From Nitrososphaerota archaeon (lineage in GTDB: Archaea > Thermoproteota > Nitrososphaeria_A > Caldarchaeales > Calditenuaceae), in contig JAVQSZ010000001.1 of NCBI GenBank assembly GCA_033581555.1, positions 96,001 to 160,000 of the forward strand: a stretch of DNA of 64,000 nt. The letters are read 5' to 3'. A program made the translations under genes and the position numbers. Below, in pieces: positions 46,775 through 56,282 of the stretch; within the stretch, counting starts at the first letter, position 1; the number at the start of each line of letters is the position of its first letter. A model generated the notes under the pieces. That model was given only the letters and a program-made list of their open reading frames with translations. It was not told the DNA's origin and ran no database searches.

Positions 46775-47805
46775 GCCGCGAGCTCAGCGCCTCGGAGCTG
46801 ATCGGCGACGAGCGGTACGGCGCCATGCTCAAGCAGATCTCCGACCAGCCGGTCCTCTACAGAGTTGGCCTCGCGAAGGGCGTCAAAGTCCCGGTCCCTG
46901 ATAGGCCCGTGAGGGCCTTCGTTGTGTATGGCCTTGGAGGGTCGGCCATGCCGGGCGCGATGCTGGCCTCGCTCGCCTCGCTTCACGCCGACGTCCCGGT
47001 CGTGGTCTCGAACGGCTCCCATCCGCCAGCGTGGATTCGCGAGGACGACTTCGTGGCCTTGGTGAGCTACTCGGGGAGGACGACTGAGGTGATTAGGGCG
47101 CTGGACGTCCTGTCGAAGAGGAGCATCAAGCCATTGGTACTGGCTAGCGGCGGGAAGCTCCTGCAGTCAGCGGAGGAGATAGGGCTGCCGACCGTGAGGC
47201 TCACTCCCGAGATGACCCCGCGGATGTCGGTCCCCGAGATGTTCGGGGTGCTGGTCGCCGTATACCACAGGGTCTCCGAGTGCGAGGCGTTCTCGCCCGA
47301 GTCTGTGTCGTCCGCGGCGGAGAGGCTTTCGGCTTTCTGGAGGAGGATCTCCCCCGAAGTGAAACCCGAGGAGAACGACGCGAAGACGTGCGCCCTCCTA
47401 ACCTCCGAGGGTACGCTCAGCGTCTTCGGGTGGGGACACATGCACATAGCTGCCCTGAGGCTGAGGAACCAGCTCGCGGAGAACGCGAAGCTCCCCTGCG
47501 TCGTCAACGAGGTCCCTGAGAACCTCCACAACACCGTCGAGTCCATGGGGGCCTTCAAGGGCCTGAGGCACGTGGCCCTCAGGTCGAAAAACGAGCCCCA
47601 GGACGTAGCGCTGCAATTCAGTGTCCTCGGTTCAATTCTGGAGCTCACGCTGACGGTCTCGTTCGCGGGCGGCCCCGTTTACGAGCTGATGTCCTCGGTG
47701 ATGTGGGCAGACGCGGTCAGCATCTACGCCGCGGCCCTGCGCGGTGTCGACCCGAGGGAGATACCGACGATCTCCAGGATCAGGCGAGCAGTGGAGGGAG
47801 CGTGA
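46771..47805 (+). CDS. Bifunctional phosphoglucose/phosphomannose isomerase-like SIS protein
   Basis: GLGGSA, SYSGRTTE, SGGKL, QLAENAK, PENLHN; start taken at TTG 46771, overlapping the upstream stop. Confidence 0.82.
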   Translation: MSRELSASELIGDERYGAMLKQISDQPVLYRVGLAKGVKVPVPDRPVRAFVVYGLGGSAMPGAMLASLASLHADVPVVVSNGSHPPAWIREDDFVALVSYSGRTTEVIRALDVLSKRSIKPLVLASGGKLLQSAEEIGLPTVRLTPEMTPRMSVPEMFGVLVAVYHRVSECEAFSPESVSSAAERLSAFWRRISPEVKPEENDAKTCALLTSEGTLSVFGWGHMHIAALRLRNQLAENAKLPCVVNEVPENLHNTVESMGAFKGLRHVALRSKNEPQDVALQFSVLGSILELTLTVSFAGGPVYELMSSVMWADAVSIYAAALRGVDPREIPTISRIRRAVEGA

Positions 47806-48338
47806 GCTTGTGGGCGATTGAGAGGCTGAAGTGGGCAGCAATAACCACAGCGATACTTTACGTGGTCTTCGCTGCGGCAGCGCACGTGCCCCTCGGACGG
47901 GAGGAAGCGCGCCGGATGTCCGAGGAGCTCTCGTCAATCGCAGCATCGATAGACTCGCCGCTGAAGATCTTCGCGAACAACGCAGCGATTGCCTTGCTGA
48001 TGGTCGTGCCCCTGCTAGGCGCAGCTGCTGGACTGTACGTCATCTATAACACAGGCCTCTATCTCTCTGCGCTCGCCATAACTTCTGGCACCCCTCCGGC
48101 TCTGCTCGCAGTCGTCCCCGTCCTCGCGGTCTACGGGGTCCTCGAGTTCTTCGGTTACGGGATTTGCTTCAGCGAGGGCATCAGGCTTCTCCTCGCGATC
48201 GCGAAGAGGAGACTTAGGCCAGAGATCAGACCAACGTCGTTTATGGTCGCGTTGGGGCTGCTCGTGCTATTCGTGGCCGCGCTTCTAGAATTTCTGATAA
48301 TTCAGTCCCTCCAGACCTTTAGCGCGTGGTTCTCCTGA
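47802..48338 (+). CDS. Stage II sporulation protein M (DUF95) family membrane protein
   Basis: IFANN, YNTG, YGVLE, AALLE; start taken at GTG 47802. Confidence 0.75.
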   Translation: MSLWAIERLKWAAITTAILYVVFAAAAHVPLGREEARRMSEELSSIAASIDSPLKIFANNAAIALLMVVPLLGAAAGLYVIYNTGLYLSALAITSGTPPALLAVVPVLAVYGVLEFFGYGICFSEGIRLLLAIAKRRLRPEIRPTSFMVALGLLVLFVAALLEFLIIQSLQTFSAWFS

Positions 48339-48397
48339 TATCTGAGAGTAGAGGTGACCAATTAGAAATATATAGCAGCTTAACTGCGTCTATATCG

Positions 48398-48742
48398 ATG
48401 GCGAGACGGCTTAAGAGAAATCCTAAGGGGTATTCGGAACCGATAATATTGAAAACTCTCCTGAAATCACCAATGACGGTATCGCAGCTGGAGAAGGCGA
48501 CTAAGATAAAGAAGCCAACCCTCTACCTCTCCCTCAACAGGCTCATCAAGAACGGACTGGTCACCAGCGACAGGGCGAAGAGGAACAGGAAGTTCAGCCT
48601 GACGAGGCGGGGCCGGGTCATCGCGAGGAACAGGGCGAAGGCCGAGAGGATGCTGGAGTCGATAATGCCGAGGCTGAGGGAGGTCCTGAGGCTCGGGATA
48701 GGGATGAGGGAGATAGAGAAGGCTATCTCGGCAGGGTCCTGA
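48398..48742 (+). CDS. Basic winged-helix DNA-binding protein (ArsR/PadR/TrmB-like)
   Basis: PMTVSQL...KPTLYLSLNRLIKNGLV...FSLTRRG; AT-rich promoter upstream. Confidence 0.75.
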   Translation: MARRLKRNPKGYSEPIILKTLLKSPMTVSQLEKATKIKKPTLYLSLNRLIKNGLVTSDRAKRNRKFSLTRRGRVIARNRAKAERMLESIMPRLREVLRLGIGMREIEKAISAGS

Positions 48743-49445
48743 CCACTGGGAAGAGCAGGTCGCCGTAAAGAAGGTTGACGACGTGACCTACAGCGATGAA
48801 GACGATCAAGGGTATGCCCGGGGTCGCCCAGACCCTCTCGGAGGAGCTGGCCGAGGGGTCGGAGAAGTAGTCGTCGAGGGGCGGCGAGAACGAGAGCCTT
48901 TTGCCGCTCCCGACGGTCACCTTGGCCCAGAAGCTCTTCGGCCAGTCGACCCTTGTCCCTAGGAGAAGCGCCCCGAGCTTCAGGTGCGCCGGGACGCCCT
49001 CGAGCCCCTCGAAGACCCGCTCGCCCTTGAGCAGCGGCCTGACTAGGAGGTTGTAGGCCAGGAGGGCTGAGGGGACGGAGAGTGAGATCAGCAGCCCGTT
49101 GAGCAGGGAGGTGATCGGTACGAACGGGTGGAACCTGTTTCCGTCGAGGGAGACGGGGAGCGCGATGGCGATCGCGATGACGGCCTTCGCGTCGGCGCCG
49201 CCGTAGAACCCGAGCCTGTAGAAGAGCAGGGCCACGACAGTGGAGACGGCGATCGACGCGGTCGCCATGAGTGGGTAGTCCGAGTCGTGCCTGAGGACGT
49301 AGAGGTATGCCGTCGAGGGCAGCGTGAGCGAGGCGAGGAGCAGCCAGACCCAGTCGTCCACCTCCCTCCGCCTCAGGTCCATGACCGAAGCTACGGCGAG
49401 CATCGCAGTCGTGACGGCCGCGTTGAGGGCCTCGAGGGGGCTCAA
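48723..49445 (-). CDS. pibD: Prepilin/prearchaellin peptidase (A24B, PibD/FlaK-like)
   Basis: SVMDLRRREVDD first Asp, GGADAK second Asp, WATPGIPL C-terminal motif. Confidence 0.85.
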   Translation of the reverse strand: MSPLEALNAAVTTAMLAVASVMDLRRREVDDWVWLLLASLTLPSTAYLYVLRHDSDYPLMATASIAVSTVVALLFYRLGFYGGADAKAVIAIAIALPVSLDGNRFHPFVPITSLLNGLLISLSVPSALLAYNLLVRPLLKGERVFEGLEGVPAHLKLGALLLGTRVDWPKSFWAKVTVGSGKRLSFSPPLDDYFSDPSASSSERVWATPGIPLIVFIAVGHVVNLLYGDLLFPVVRTLPR

Positions 49446-49464
49446 GGCGTCGACGGTTGCGGGC

Positions 49465-50100
49465 CTACTCCGCGACGCCCTCGACGGCCGCGGTCGTGAC
49501 GAACTGCTCTAGCGTGACGTTCGCGAGCAGCTCTGGCGTAGCTTGGCCGCGCTCGATCAGGACCCTCCTGGCCAGGTACCAGAACCCGAACGGCAGCGAG
49601 AGCCTACCCCTGTTGTTGATCGGGATTATCAGGTCGACGTTGGAGGTCGTGTTGTCGCTGCTGCACATCGCGATTATCGGGATCTTCGCGATCCGCGCCT
49701 CGTTCACCACTTGGGCGTCGAACCTAGGGTCCGAGACGACTATGATCTCCGGCTCCATGTAGTACCTGAGGGCCTTGTTGGTGAAGGCCCCTGCGGGGAT
49801 CTTCCCGGAGATGGCGCGGGCGCCCGTGACCTCCGCGAACCTCTGGACGGCCTTCGTGCCGTAGACGTGTGTTGACACCGCGACGACCTTCTCAGGCGGG
49901 TAAAGGGCGATCAGCCTCGCGGCCAGGTTCAGCCTCTCGACGACCTTCTTCACGTCGAAGAGGTGGACACCGTCGGACCTCTGCCTGAACACGAACCTCT
50001 CCATGTGGGCGACCTTCACTTTGGCCCCGAGGTGGGCATTGCACTTCACGAGGACCTCGGCGATCTCGACCTCAGGGGAGACGGCGACGTCGGAGGTCAA
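49465..50100 (-). CDS. rps2: 30S ribosomal protein uS2
   Basis: AHLG, RSDGVH, GAFTN, DP...QVVNEA, IPINNRG. Confidence 0.95.
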   Translation of the reverse strand: MTSDVAVSPEVEIAEVLVKCNAHLGAKVKVAHMERFVFRQRSDGVHLFDVKKVVERLNLAARLIALYPPEKVVAVSTHVYGTKAVQRFAEVTGARAISGKIPAGAFTNKALRYYMEPEIIVVSDPRFDAQVVNEARIAKIPIIAMCSSDNTTSNVDLIIPINNRGRLSLPFGFWYLARRVLIERGQATPELLANVTLEQFVTTAAVEGVAE

Positions 50101-51353
50101 GGCCTCAACCTCCTGATCCTCCCCTCACCAACCTCCTCCTCTGTCCTCAGCAGCTCGTTCAGCTTCGCCACCCTTTCACCGCCGATCAGGCCGCACTTTA
50201 TAACCTTGCAGCCAGTTCCGACCGCGACCTGCGAGATGTAGGCATCGGTCGTCTCGCCGGAGCGATGGGACGCGACGGCCACCGCACCGTTCGACGCGCA
50301 CGCCTTCACCGCCTCCAGTGTTAGTGTGAGGGTCCCGACCTGGTTGGGCTTGACGATCGCAGCCCTTATCGCGCCCCTTCTCGCCATCTCCGATATCAGC
50401 TCTGCCCTGGTGACGACGAGGTCGTCGCCGCAGACCAGCACGGACTTGAGGTCGCGCTGGAGCTCCGCGTACAGCTCTGGCGAGTCCTCGGAGAAGGGGT
50501 CCTCGATGTAGACGAGCCCGAACTCGTCCGCGATGGCTGCGAGGTAGTCCCTGAACTCCTGACCGGTGAGGTAGAGGCCCTCGGACCTAAGCGCGTACTT
50601 CCCGGACTTCGGGTCGTAGACGTTGCTCCCTGCGACGTCGAGCCCCACTCCCACCTCGACGCCGGTCTCATCGGAGGCCTCGTCGGCCGCGGCCCTCACG
50701 AGCTCGAGGGCCTTCCTGTTCCCGATCGGGGGCGCGTAGCCGCCCTCGTCGCCCTTGCCCAGGGGGAACCCGGGCAGCTCGCGCTGGAGCAGCCTCCCGA
50801 GCCTCCTGTACGCGATGACGTTGACCTCAATCGCCTCCTTCATCGTCCTCGCGCCCAGCGGTATCAGCAGGAACTCCTGGATCTCCGGAGCTCCGGGGCC
50901 GGCGTGCGCACCTCCTCCCAGGACGTTCGAGAGCGGTAAGGGTAGGGCCGGAGTCTCCCCGGTCAGGTGCGCGAGGGCCTCGTGGAGCCTCTTGCCCTCC
51001 GAGGCAGCGTAAGCGGTGGCAGCCGCGACCGAGAGCGCGATGGCCGTGTTACCCCCGATCGCCGAGAGGTCAGGGGTGCGGTCGATCTCGGCCAGCAGCG
51101 CGTCCATCGCCAGCAGACCGTCGAGCTCGCGGCCCAGCAGCCCAGCGAACCTCTCCCGGACGAGCCTGACCGCGGCCTCCGGACCACCTTCCGGGAACGG
51201 GACGACCTCCCTCTTCCCCCTGCTCTTCCCCGACGGAGCTCCGGCCCTCGCTGTGTGGCCGTCGACCGTGACCTCGACCTCCACGGTCTTATCGCCCCTA
51301 CTGTCGAAGACCACCCTCGCGGTCACCCGCTCGAGCCGCTTTGCCCTAGACAC
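50097..51353 (-). CDS. eno: Enolase
   Basis: DSRG, PSGKS, GDEGG, EDP, GDDL, KPNQVGT, SHRSGET. Confidence 0.96.
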   Translation of the reverse strand: MSRAKRLERVTARVVFDSRGDKTVEVEVTVDGHTARAGAPSGKSRGKREVVPFPEGGPEAAVRLVRERFAGLLGRELDGLLAMDALLAEIDRTPDLSAIGGNTAIALSVAAATAYAASEGKRLHEALAHLTGETPALPLPLSNVLGGGAHAGPGAPEIQEFLLIPLGARTMKEAIEVNVIAYRRLGRLLQRELPGFPLGKGDEGGYAPPIGNRKALELVRAAADEASDETGVEVGVGLDVAGSNVYDPKSGKYALRSEGLYLTGQEFRDYLAAIADEFGLVYIEDPFSEDSPELYAELQRDLKSVLVCGDDLVVTRAELISEMARRGAIRAAIVKPNQVGTLTLTLEAVKACASNGAVAVASHRSGETTDAYISQVAVGTGCKVIKCGLIGGERVAKLNELLRTEEEVGEGRIRRLRP

Positions 51354-51399
51354 GTCACGCTGCTCCCCTTCTCCTGATTTAACCCCTTCCTCCCCGGCC

Positions 51400-51621
51400 T
51401 CACCGCCTGAGAGGCCTCTGCCTCGAGTGGACCTCGAAGGCGATCAGCTCGTCGATGTACTCGACGTGGGAGAGGAACATCCTCCTGCAGCAGTACCTCT
51501 TGATCCCGAGCTCGTCGAGGACCTGGCCCGGGTGCCTACCCGACTCGACCTCGGACCTGTATCTCTCCCAGAGGTGCGCGAGGGGCTTCCCGCAGCTGAA
51601 GCACCTGATCGGGAACATCAA
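51400..51621 (-). CDS. rpoN: DNA-directed RNA polymerase subunit N (Rpo10)
   Basis: PIRCFSCGK, RYCCRRM. Confidence 0.97.
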   Translation of the reverse strand: MMFPIRCFSCGKPLAHLWERYRSEVESGRHPGQVLDELGIKRYCCRRMFLSHVEYIDELIAFEVHSRQRPLRR

Positions 51622-51743
51622 GGGCCCTGCTCCCGGCTTTCCGCACGGCCCCGTCTAATTTAGTGTTCGGCCCCTGCCCGGTTAGGCGTGGTGAGGTGGC
51701 GGGCACACGGTTTTTGACGGGGAATCGGTCCGATGGCGGGGAG

Positions 51744-52715
51744 TTGAGGGTCGAGGCGCACCTCTCCGGAAACCTCCCCAGGGGTGATTCGGTCTTCAGG
51801 GTCCTCAGGAGGCACTCGAGGGGCAAGGCCGGATGGGAGGAGGTGAGGGCCGCGGCTGAGGCGGAGACCGCCGAGTGGGTCAGGCTACAGGCGGAGCTAG
51901 GCCTGAGGCCTGTCACGGACCCGATGCTGCTATGGCACGACCACTTCAGGCCGTTCGCGGAGAACGTCAAGGGGATGGCCGTCGACGGGCTGAGGAGGTG
52001 GTACGACAACAACCTCTTCTACAGGGCTCCGGTGGTTTTCGGGAGGCTCGGGTTAGGAGACCCGTTCCTCGAGAGGTACCTCTTCCCCGTGGCCCTCAGG
52101 GGCCTCGAGGTCAAGCTGGTCATCCCCGAACCCCTCACTTTCGCTAGGCTCTCCGTCAACAGCGGCTACACGGACCATGCGGAGCTCGCGATGGACCTAG
52201 CAGAGGTCACTTCGGCCGAGGCCTCTAGGCTGGTCTCGAGGCACGGGCTCAGCGTGAGTCTGGTCCAGCTCAGCGCGCCGGAGCTCGCGAGGGAGCTGAG
52301 GGCCGACGACCTCGAGCTGGTCAGGGAGGAGGTGGGACTCTTTAAGCGGAGGCTCGGGTGCAAGGTCCAGCTCCACACGTTCTTCTTCTCAGCGGCTAGG
52401 AGCCTCAGGTCGCTGCTCGACACCGGGGTTGACGTGATCGGGATAGACCTTCACGCGACGCCGGCCTCCGCGCTCAAGGGCGTGGACGTCGACAGGGAGC
52501 TTGCGGTCGGTGTGGTCGACTCGCGGAGCGTCGTCGTGGAGGAGCCCGGGTGGATGGCGTCGCTAGCTGAGAGGGCCGTCGAGGCGACCGGCGCGAGGGC
52601 AGTTCACGTCACCACGAACACGGACCTCGACTTCCTCCCCGCAGGCGTCGCGAGGGAGAAGGTGCGTGCGCTGTCGGCGTGTGCGAGGCTGTTGAGGGAG
52701 AGGTGGGGGACTTGA
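51744..52715 (+). CDS. MetE N-terminal-half-like protein (non-catalytic barrel)
   Basis: GNLPR, RWYDNNLFYRAP, GVVDSRS; lacks Zn ligands; start uncertain (51663-51744). Confidence 0.75.
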   Translation: MRVEAHLSGNLPRGDSVFRVLRRHSRGKAGWEEVRAAAEAETAEWVRLQAELGLRPVTDPMLLWHDHFRPFAENVKGMAVDGLRRWYDNNLFYRAPVVFGRLGLGDPFLERYLFPVALRGLEVKLVIPEPLTFARLSVNSGYTDHAELAMDLAEVTSAEASRLVSRHGLSVSLVQLSAPELARELRADDLELVREEVGLFKRRLGCKVQLHTFFFSAARSLRSLLDTGVDVIGIDLHATPASALKGVDVDRELAVGVVDSRSVVVEEPGWMASLAERAVEATGARAVHVTTNTDLDFLPAGVAREKVRALSACARLLRERWGT

Positions 52716-53836
52716 CCGGAGGCGAGGTCCTCTTCAGGACCCAGGAGGTCGGGAGCCTCTCGAGGGCGCCGTTCCTAAAGGGCAGCTTGGAGGAGAAGGC
52801 CTTCCAGGCCAGATACTGGGGGATCAGGCTTGGCGTCGAGGGACACGAGGAGCTGGTTGAGCTGATCAGGAGGGGCGCCGGAACGTCGGAACTGCTGCCG
52901 TGGGCCTCGCTCTACGGGATCAGGTTCCACGAGGCCGCGGGGCTCGACGTCGTCTGGGACGGGGAGCAGAGGAGGGTCGAGATGTACGAGCACCCCCTCA
53001 TGCACGTCGAGAACTTCGAGTTCGTGGGGAGGGTTAAGGTCTGGGACGCGGAGACCTACAACAAGGCGAAGCTAGTGGGGCCTCCGAGGCTGAAGTCCAG
53101 CGCCTACCTCGAGGAGTTCCTCTTCGCGAAGTCTAAGGCCACGAAGGAGCTGAAGGTCCCGGTCACGGGGCCGTACACCCTGATGGACTGGAGCTTCGAC
53201 GACTACTTCGCGAGGCGCTACGCCCACCTCGAGGACCCGCTGGAAAGGAGAAGGAGGTCGAGACTCGACTTCCTCTACAGCCTGATAGAGGAGGTGATGA
53301 GACCCGAGCTGAGGGCGCTCGCGGAGGCCGGCGCGAGGAGGATCCAGGTCGACGAGCCAGCGCTGACCTCGAAGCCCGAGGAGGTGAGGGACTACGTCGA
53401 GGCCTTCAACGAGATGGTGAAGGGGTTGGACGTCACTCTCACGCTCCACGTCTGCTACAGCGATTACTCACTGCTCCTTCCCCACGTGGCCGAGATGAGG
53501 ATTCACGAGCTCTCGATAGAGTGCGCCAACAGGGACACGACCGACCTCGGCCTAGACGCGAGGGCTAGGAGGGGCTACTCGATACTGAGGGAGTTCGGGG
53601 AACACGACGTCCCGTTCAAGATAGCGCCTGGCGTGATCGACGTCCACACGGACTTCGTCGAGCCGGCGGAGCTCGTGAGGGACAGGCTGCTCTACGCGGC
53701 CAAGCTCCTGGGAGACCCCGCGAAGGTGATTGCCTGTAACGACTGCGGCCTCAGGACGAGAGGGTGGGAGGTAGCGTTCGAGAAGGAGCGGAGCCTCGTC
53801 GAGGGCGCTGGGCTGGCGAGGAGGGCCTCCTCCTGA
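52712..53836 (+). CDS. metE: Cobalamin-independent methionine synthase, catalytic (core) subunit
   Basis: VGSL, DGEQRR, PVTGPYT, IQVDEP, HVC, GVIDVH, DCGLRTR Zn ligands. Confidence 0.9.
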   Translation: MTGGEVLFRTQEVGSLSRAPFLKGSLEEKAFQARYWGIRLGVEGHEELVELIRRGAGTSELLPWASLYGIRFHEAAGLDVVWDGEQRRVEMYEHPLMHVENFEFVGRVKVWDAETYNKAKLVGPPRLKSSAYLEEFLFAKSKATKELKVPVTGPYTLMDWSFDDYFARRYAHLEDPLERRRRSRLDFLYSLIEEVMRPELRALAEAGARRIQVDEPALTSKPEEVRDYVEAFNEMVKGLDVTLTLHVCYSDYSLLLPHVAEMRIHELSIECANRDTTDLGLDARARRGYSILREFGEHDVPFKIAPGVIDVHTDFVEPAELVRDRLLYAAKLLGDPAKVIACNDCGLRTRGWEVAFEKERSLVEGAGLARRASS

Positions 53837-53840
53837 AGGG

Positions 53841-54299
53841 TCACTTGGCCTTTCTGGCGACCCCGACCGGCCCTCCCTTCCTCCCGGTCGTCCTCGTCCT
53901 CTGTCCCCTCACCTTCAGGCCCAGCGCGTGCCTCACTCCCCTCCACGACCTGATCCTCTTCTCCCGTTCTATGTCCTCCCTGACGGCCAGCCTCAGGTCC
54001 GGGCCGATGAGGTGGAGGTTCTTCCCGGTCACCGGGTCGCTCCTCCTGTTGAGCATCCACACCGGGATGCCGTACTTCAATGGGTTCCTGATCGCGTCCT
54101 CGATCTGGGAGAGCTGCTGCTCGGAGAGCTGGCCCAACCTCAAGGTCGGGTCTATCCCGAGGGCCCTCGAGATCGCGTATCCGAGGTTGATCCCGACGCC
54201 CTCGATCGCGGCAAGTGCGAACGGGACGTGCTTGGTCCCGTCCAGGTCGGTCCCCAGCAGCCTGACTATCAGCTTCGCCTCCCTCTGTTGGGCCGCCAT
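53841..54299 (-). CDS. rps13: 30S ribosomal protein uS13
   Basis: C-terminal 152 aa of the 516-aa ORF-track entry: MAAQQREAKLIVRLLGTDLDG...WRGVRHALGLKVRGQRTRTTGR; ATG at 54299. Confidence 0.95.
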   Translation of the reverse strand: MAAQQREAKLIVRLLGTDLDGTKHVPFALAAIEGVGINLGYAISRALGIDPTLRLGQLSEQQLSQIEDAIRNPLKYGIPVWMLNRRSDPVTGKNLHLIGPDLRLAVREDIEREKRIRSWRGVRHALGLKVRGQRTRTTGRKGGPVGVARKAK

Positions 54300-54410
54300 C
54301 CCCACCAGCTGCCGAGCAGGTCGTAAAAAACGTTCACGCCGCCGGCGTTCGTCCGGGAAGCCGTTCAAACTTAAAAAAATGGACGGAGCCAATCCGGACA
54401 GGGTTAAGGC

Positions 54411-55577
54411 GTGACTTCGCAGCAGTCCTCGGTCAAGTACGTGATAGAGGCGAAGGTGGAGGTTGACGGCATCGTCGACAAGAACGACGTGATAGGCGCG
54501 GTCTTCGGGCAGACGGAGGGGATCTTCAGCGCCGACCTCGACCTGAGGGAGCTCCAGAAGACCGGGAGGATCGGGAGGATAGAGGTCCACATCCACGCCC
54601 AGGGCGACAGGACCGTCGGGAAGGTCCTGGTCCCCACGAGCGTCGACAGGTTCCACACCGCCCTGATCGCGGCTATGGTCGAGAGCGTCGACAGGGTAGG
54701 TCCGTACTCCGCGAGGGTCACGATCGAGAAGATCGAGGACGTCAGGGCCGAGAAGAGGAAGCGGATCATCGAGAGGGCGAGGTCCCTGCTGATCGAGTGG
54801 GAGAGGAGGAGGGTGCCGGAGGTCGACGAGGCCCTGAAGGAGCTCGAGGAGACGATCGCGAAGTCCAGGGTCGTCGAGATAGGGCCCGACAACCTCCCCG
54901 CGGGGCCCGAGGCCCTGACCAGCGACGAGGTGATCGTCGTCGAGGGCAGGGCCGACGTCATCAACCTCCTCAGGCACGGCTATTTCAACGCGATCGGAGT
55001 CGAGGGCGTCAAGGTCCCCTACTCCCTTGAGGAACTGGTGAGCAGGAAGAGGGTGATCGCGTTCCTCGATGGCGACAGGGGAGGCGACATGATCCTGAGG
55101 GAGCTGGCGAGGCGGATCAAGATCGACCTGGTCGCGAGGGCTCCTCCGGGCAGGGAGGTGGAGTCCCTGGGGGCCAAGGAGATCGCCGAGGCCCTCGCCA
55201 ACGCCGTCCCGCTCCAAGAGGCCCTGAAGAGGATAGGGGTCCACATCGAGCACGAGAAGGCTGAGCATGCCGCAGCGCCGTTCGAGAAGCTGAAGAGGTA
55301 CGTCGAGGAGGTCGAGGGCAGCCTGATGGCGATAGGCCTCAAGGACGACCTCTCGGAGGCCTTCAGGGTCCCGGTAAGCGAGCTCTACCAAAGGCTCTCC
55401 TCCGATGGCGACGTGAAGTACGTCGTCTTCGACGGCGTCGTGACCCAGAGGCTCGTGGACCTAATGAAGGAGAGGGGGAGAGAGGTGCTGCTGGTCGGGG
55501 CGAGGGTCGCGGAGAACGTCCAGAGGGCGGGGAACGTGAGGGTCTACAACTTCGAGTCGGTCAAGAGAGCCGCGTGA
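54411..55577 (+). CDS. dnaG: Archaeal DnaG primase-like protein (exosome-associated)
   Basis: DVIGAVFGQTEG, LRELQKTGRIGRI, TOPRIM VEGRAD and DGDRGG. Confidence 0.96.
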   Translation: MTSQQSSVKYVIEAKVEVDGIVDKNDVIGAVFGQTEGIFSADLDLRELQKTGRIGRIEVHIHAQGDRTVGKVLVPTSVDRFHTALIAAMVESVDRVGPYSARVTIEKIEDVRAEKRKRIIERARSLLIEWERRRVPEVDEALKELEETIAKSRVVEIGPDNLPAGPEALTSDEVIVVEGRADVINLLRHGYFNAIGVEGVKVPYSLEELVSRKRVIAFLDGDRGGDMILRELARRIKIDLVARAPPGREVESLGAKEIAEALANAVPLQEALKRIGVHIEHEKAEHAAAPFEKLKRYVEEVEGSLMAIGLKDDLSEAFRVPVSELYQRLSSDGDVKYVVFDGVVTQRLVDLMKERGREVLLVGARVAENVQRAGNVRVYNFESVKRAA

Positions 55578-55642
55578 CGGCGGACACGCTTGCCTGAACC
55601 GTTGGGTTACACGTTAATAGCTGAGCGACCGACTGAGCCCGG

Positions 55643-55942
55643 ATGAGGGTAGAGCTCTTCAGCCACCTGAAGAGGGCCGCTGGCTCCGGGACGGTCGAGG
55701 TCAGGGTGGAGGGGGAGATGCCGTTGAAGGAGGCGCTCAAGCTCCTGCCCGAGGGCGTGAGGGAGCTCGTCATCGACGAGTACGGGTCCATCAGGTCTGG
55801 GCTACTGGTGCTCGTGAACGGGGTCGACGCAAGGACCGTCTACAACTACAGGGTCACCGTCAGGGACAACGACGTGGTCTCGATAGTCCCGATGATCCAC
55901 GGAGGCTCGACGGCGAGCGCCGAAATCCGTCCAGGGGGATGA
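55643..55942 (+). CDS. Urm1/MoaD/SAMP ubiquitin-like protein with 11-aa C-terminal extension
   Basis: GLLVLVNGVD...DVVSIVPMIHGG followed by STASAEIRPGG. Confidence 0.85.
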   Translation: MRVELFSHLKRAAGSGTVEVRVEGEMPLKEALKLLPEGVRELVIDEYGSIRSGLLVLVNGVDARTVYNYRVTVRDNDVVSIVPMIHGGSTASAEIRPGG

Positions 55943-55949
55943 ACGCCCG

Positions 55950-56282
55950 ATGAGCGGCCCCGTCGCGGGTATTCCGGGCTACCCGTACTCGCTTATTGCG
56001 CTCCTCGCAGCCTCCTTCGTTGTGCTCCTCTTCGCGGGCCCGAGGACGCCGAAGCTGGAGCCCCGCGTCACCCCCATCCACAAGGTCTCCCGAGCGCTGA
56101 GGTACGCGCTGGGCGAGGAGGAATCGATCGACCTGAAAAGCGCTAAGTGGCTCTTCTACCGGCTGGGGCCGAGGGGCCCCGGGAGATTTTCTGGGCTCAG
56201 CATGAGGGCCCTCTTCGCCCTGACGTCAATGGCTCCCCGTGCCAGGAGGTGGTTGGTCAGGTGGGCGGCCAGGAGAGGGTAG
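55950..56282 (+). CDS. Hypothetical single-pass membrane protein
   Basis: N-terminal TM; in apparent operon with MoxR. Confidence 0.45.
   Translation: MSGPVAGIPGYPYSLIALLAASFVVLLFAGPRTPKLEPRVTPIHKVSRALRYALGEEESIDLKSAKWLFYRLGPRGPGRFSGLSMRALFALTSMAPRARRWLVRWAARRG

Noticed and set aside
53841-55391. 516-aa minus-strand ORF suggesting an N-terminally extended S13
   Set aside because: The extension is the antisense shadow of dnaG; S13 homology starts at ATG 54299.
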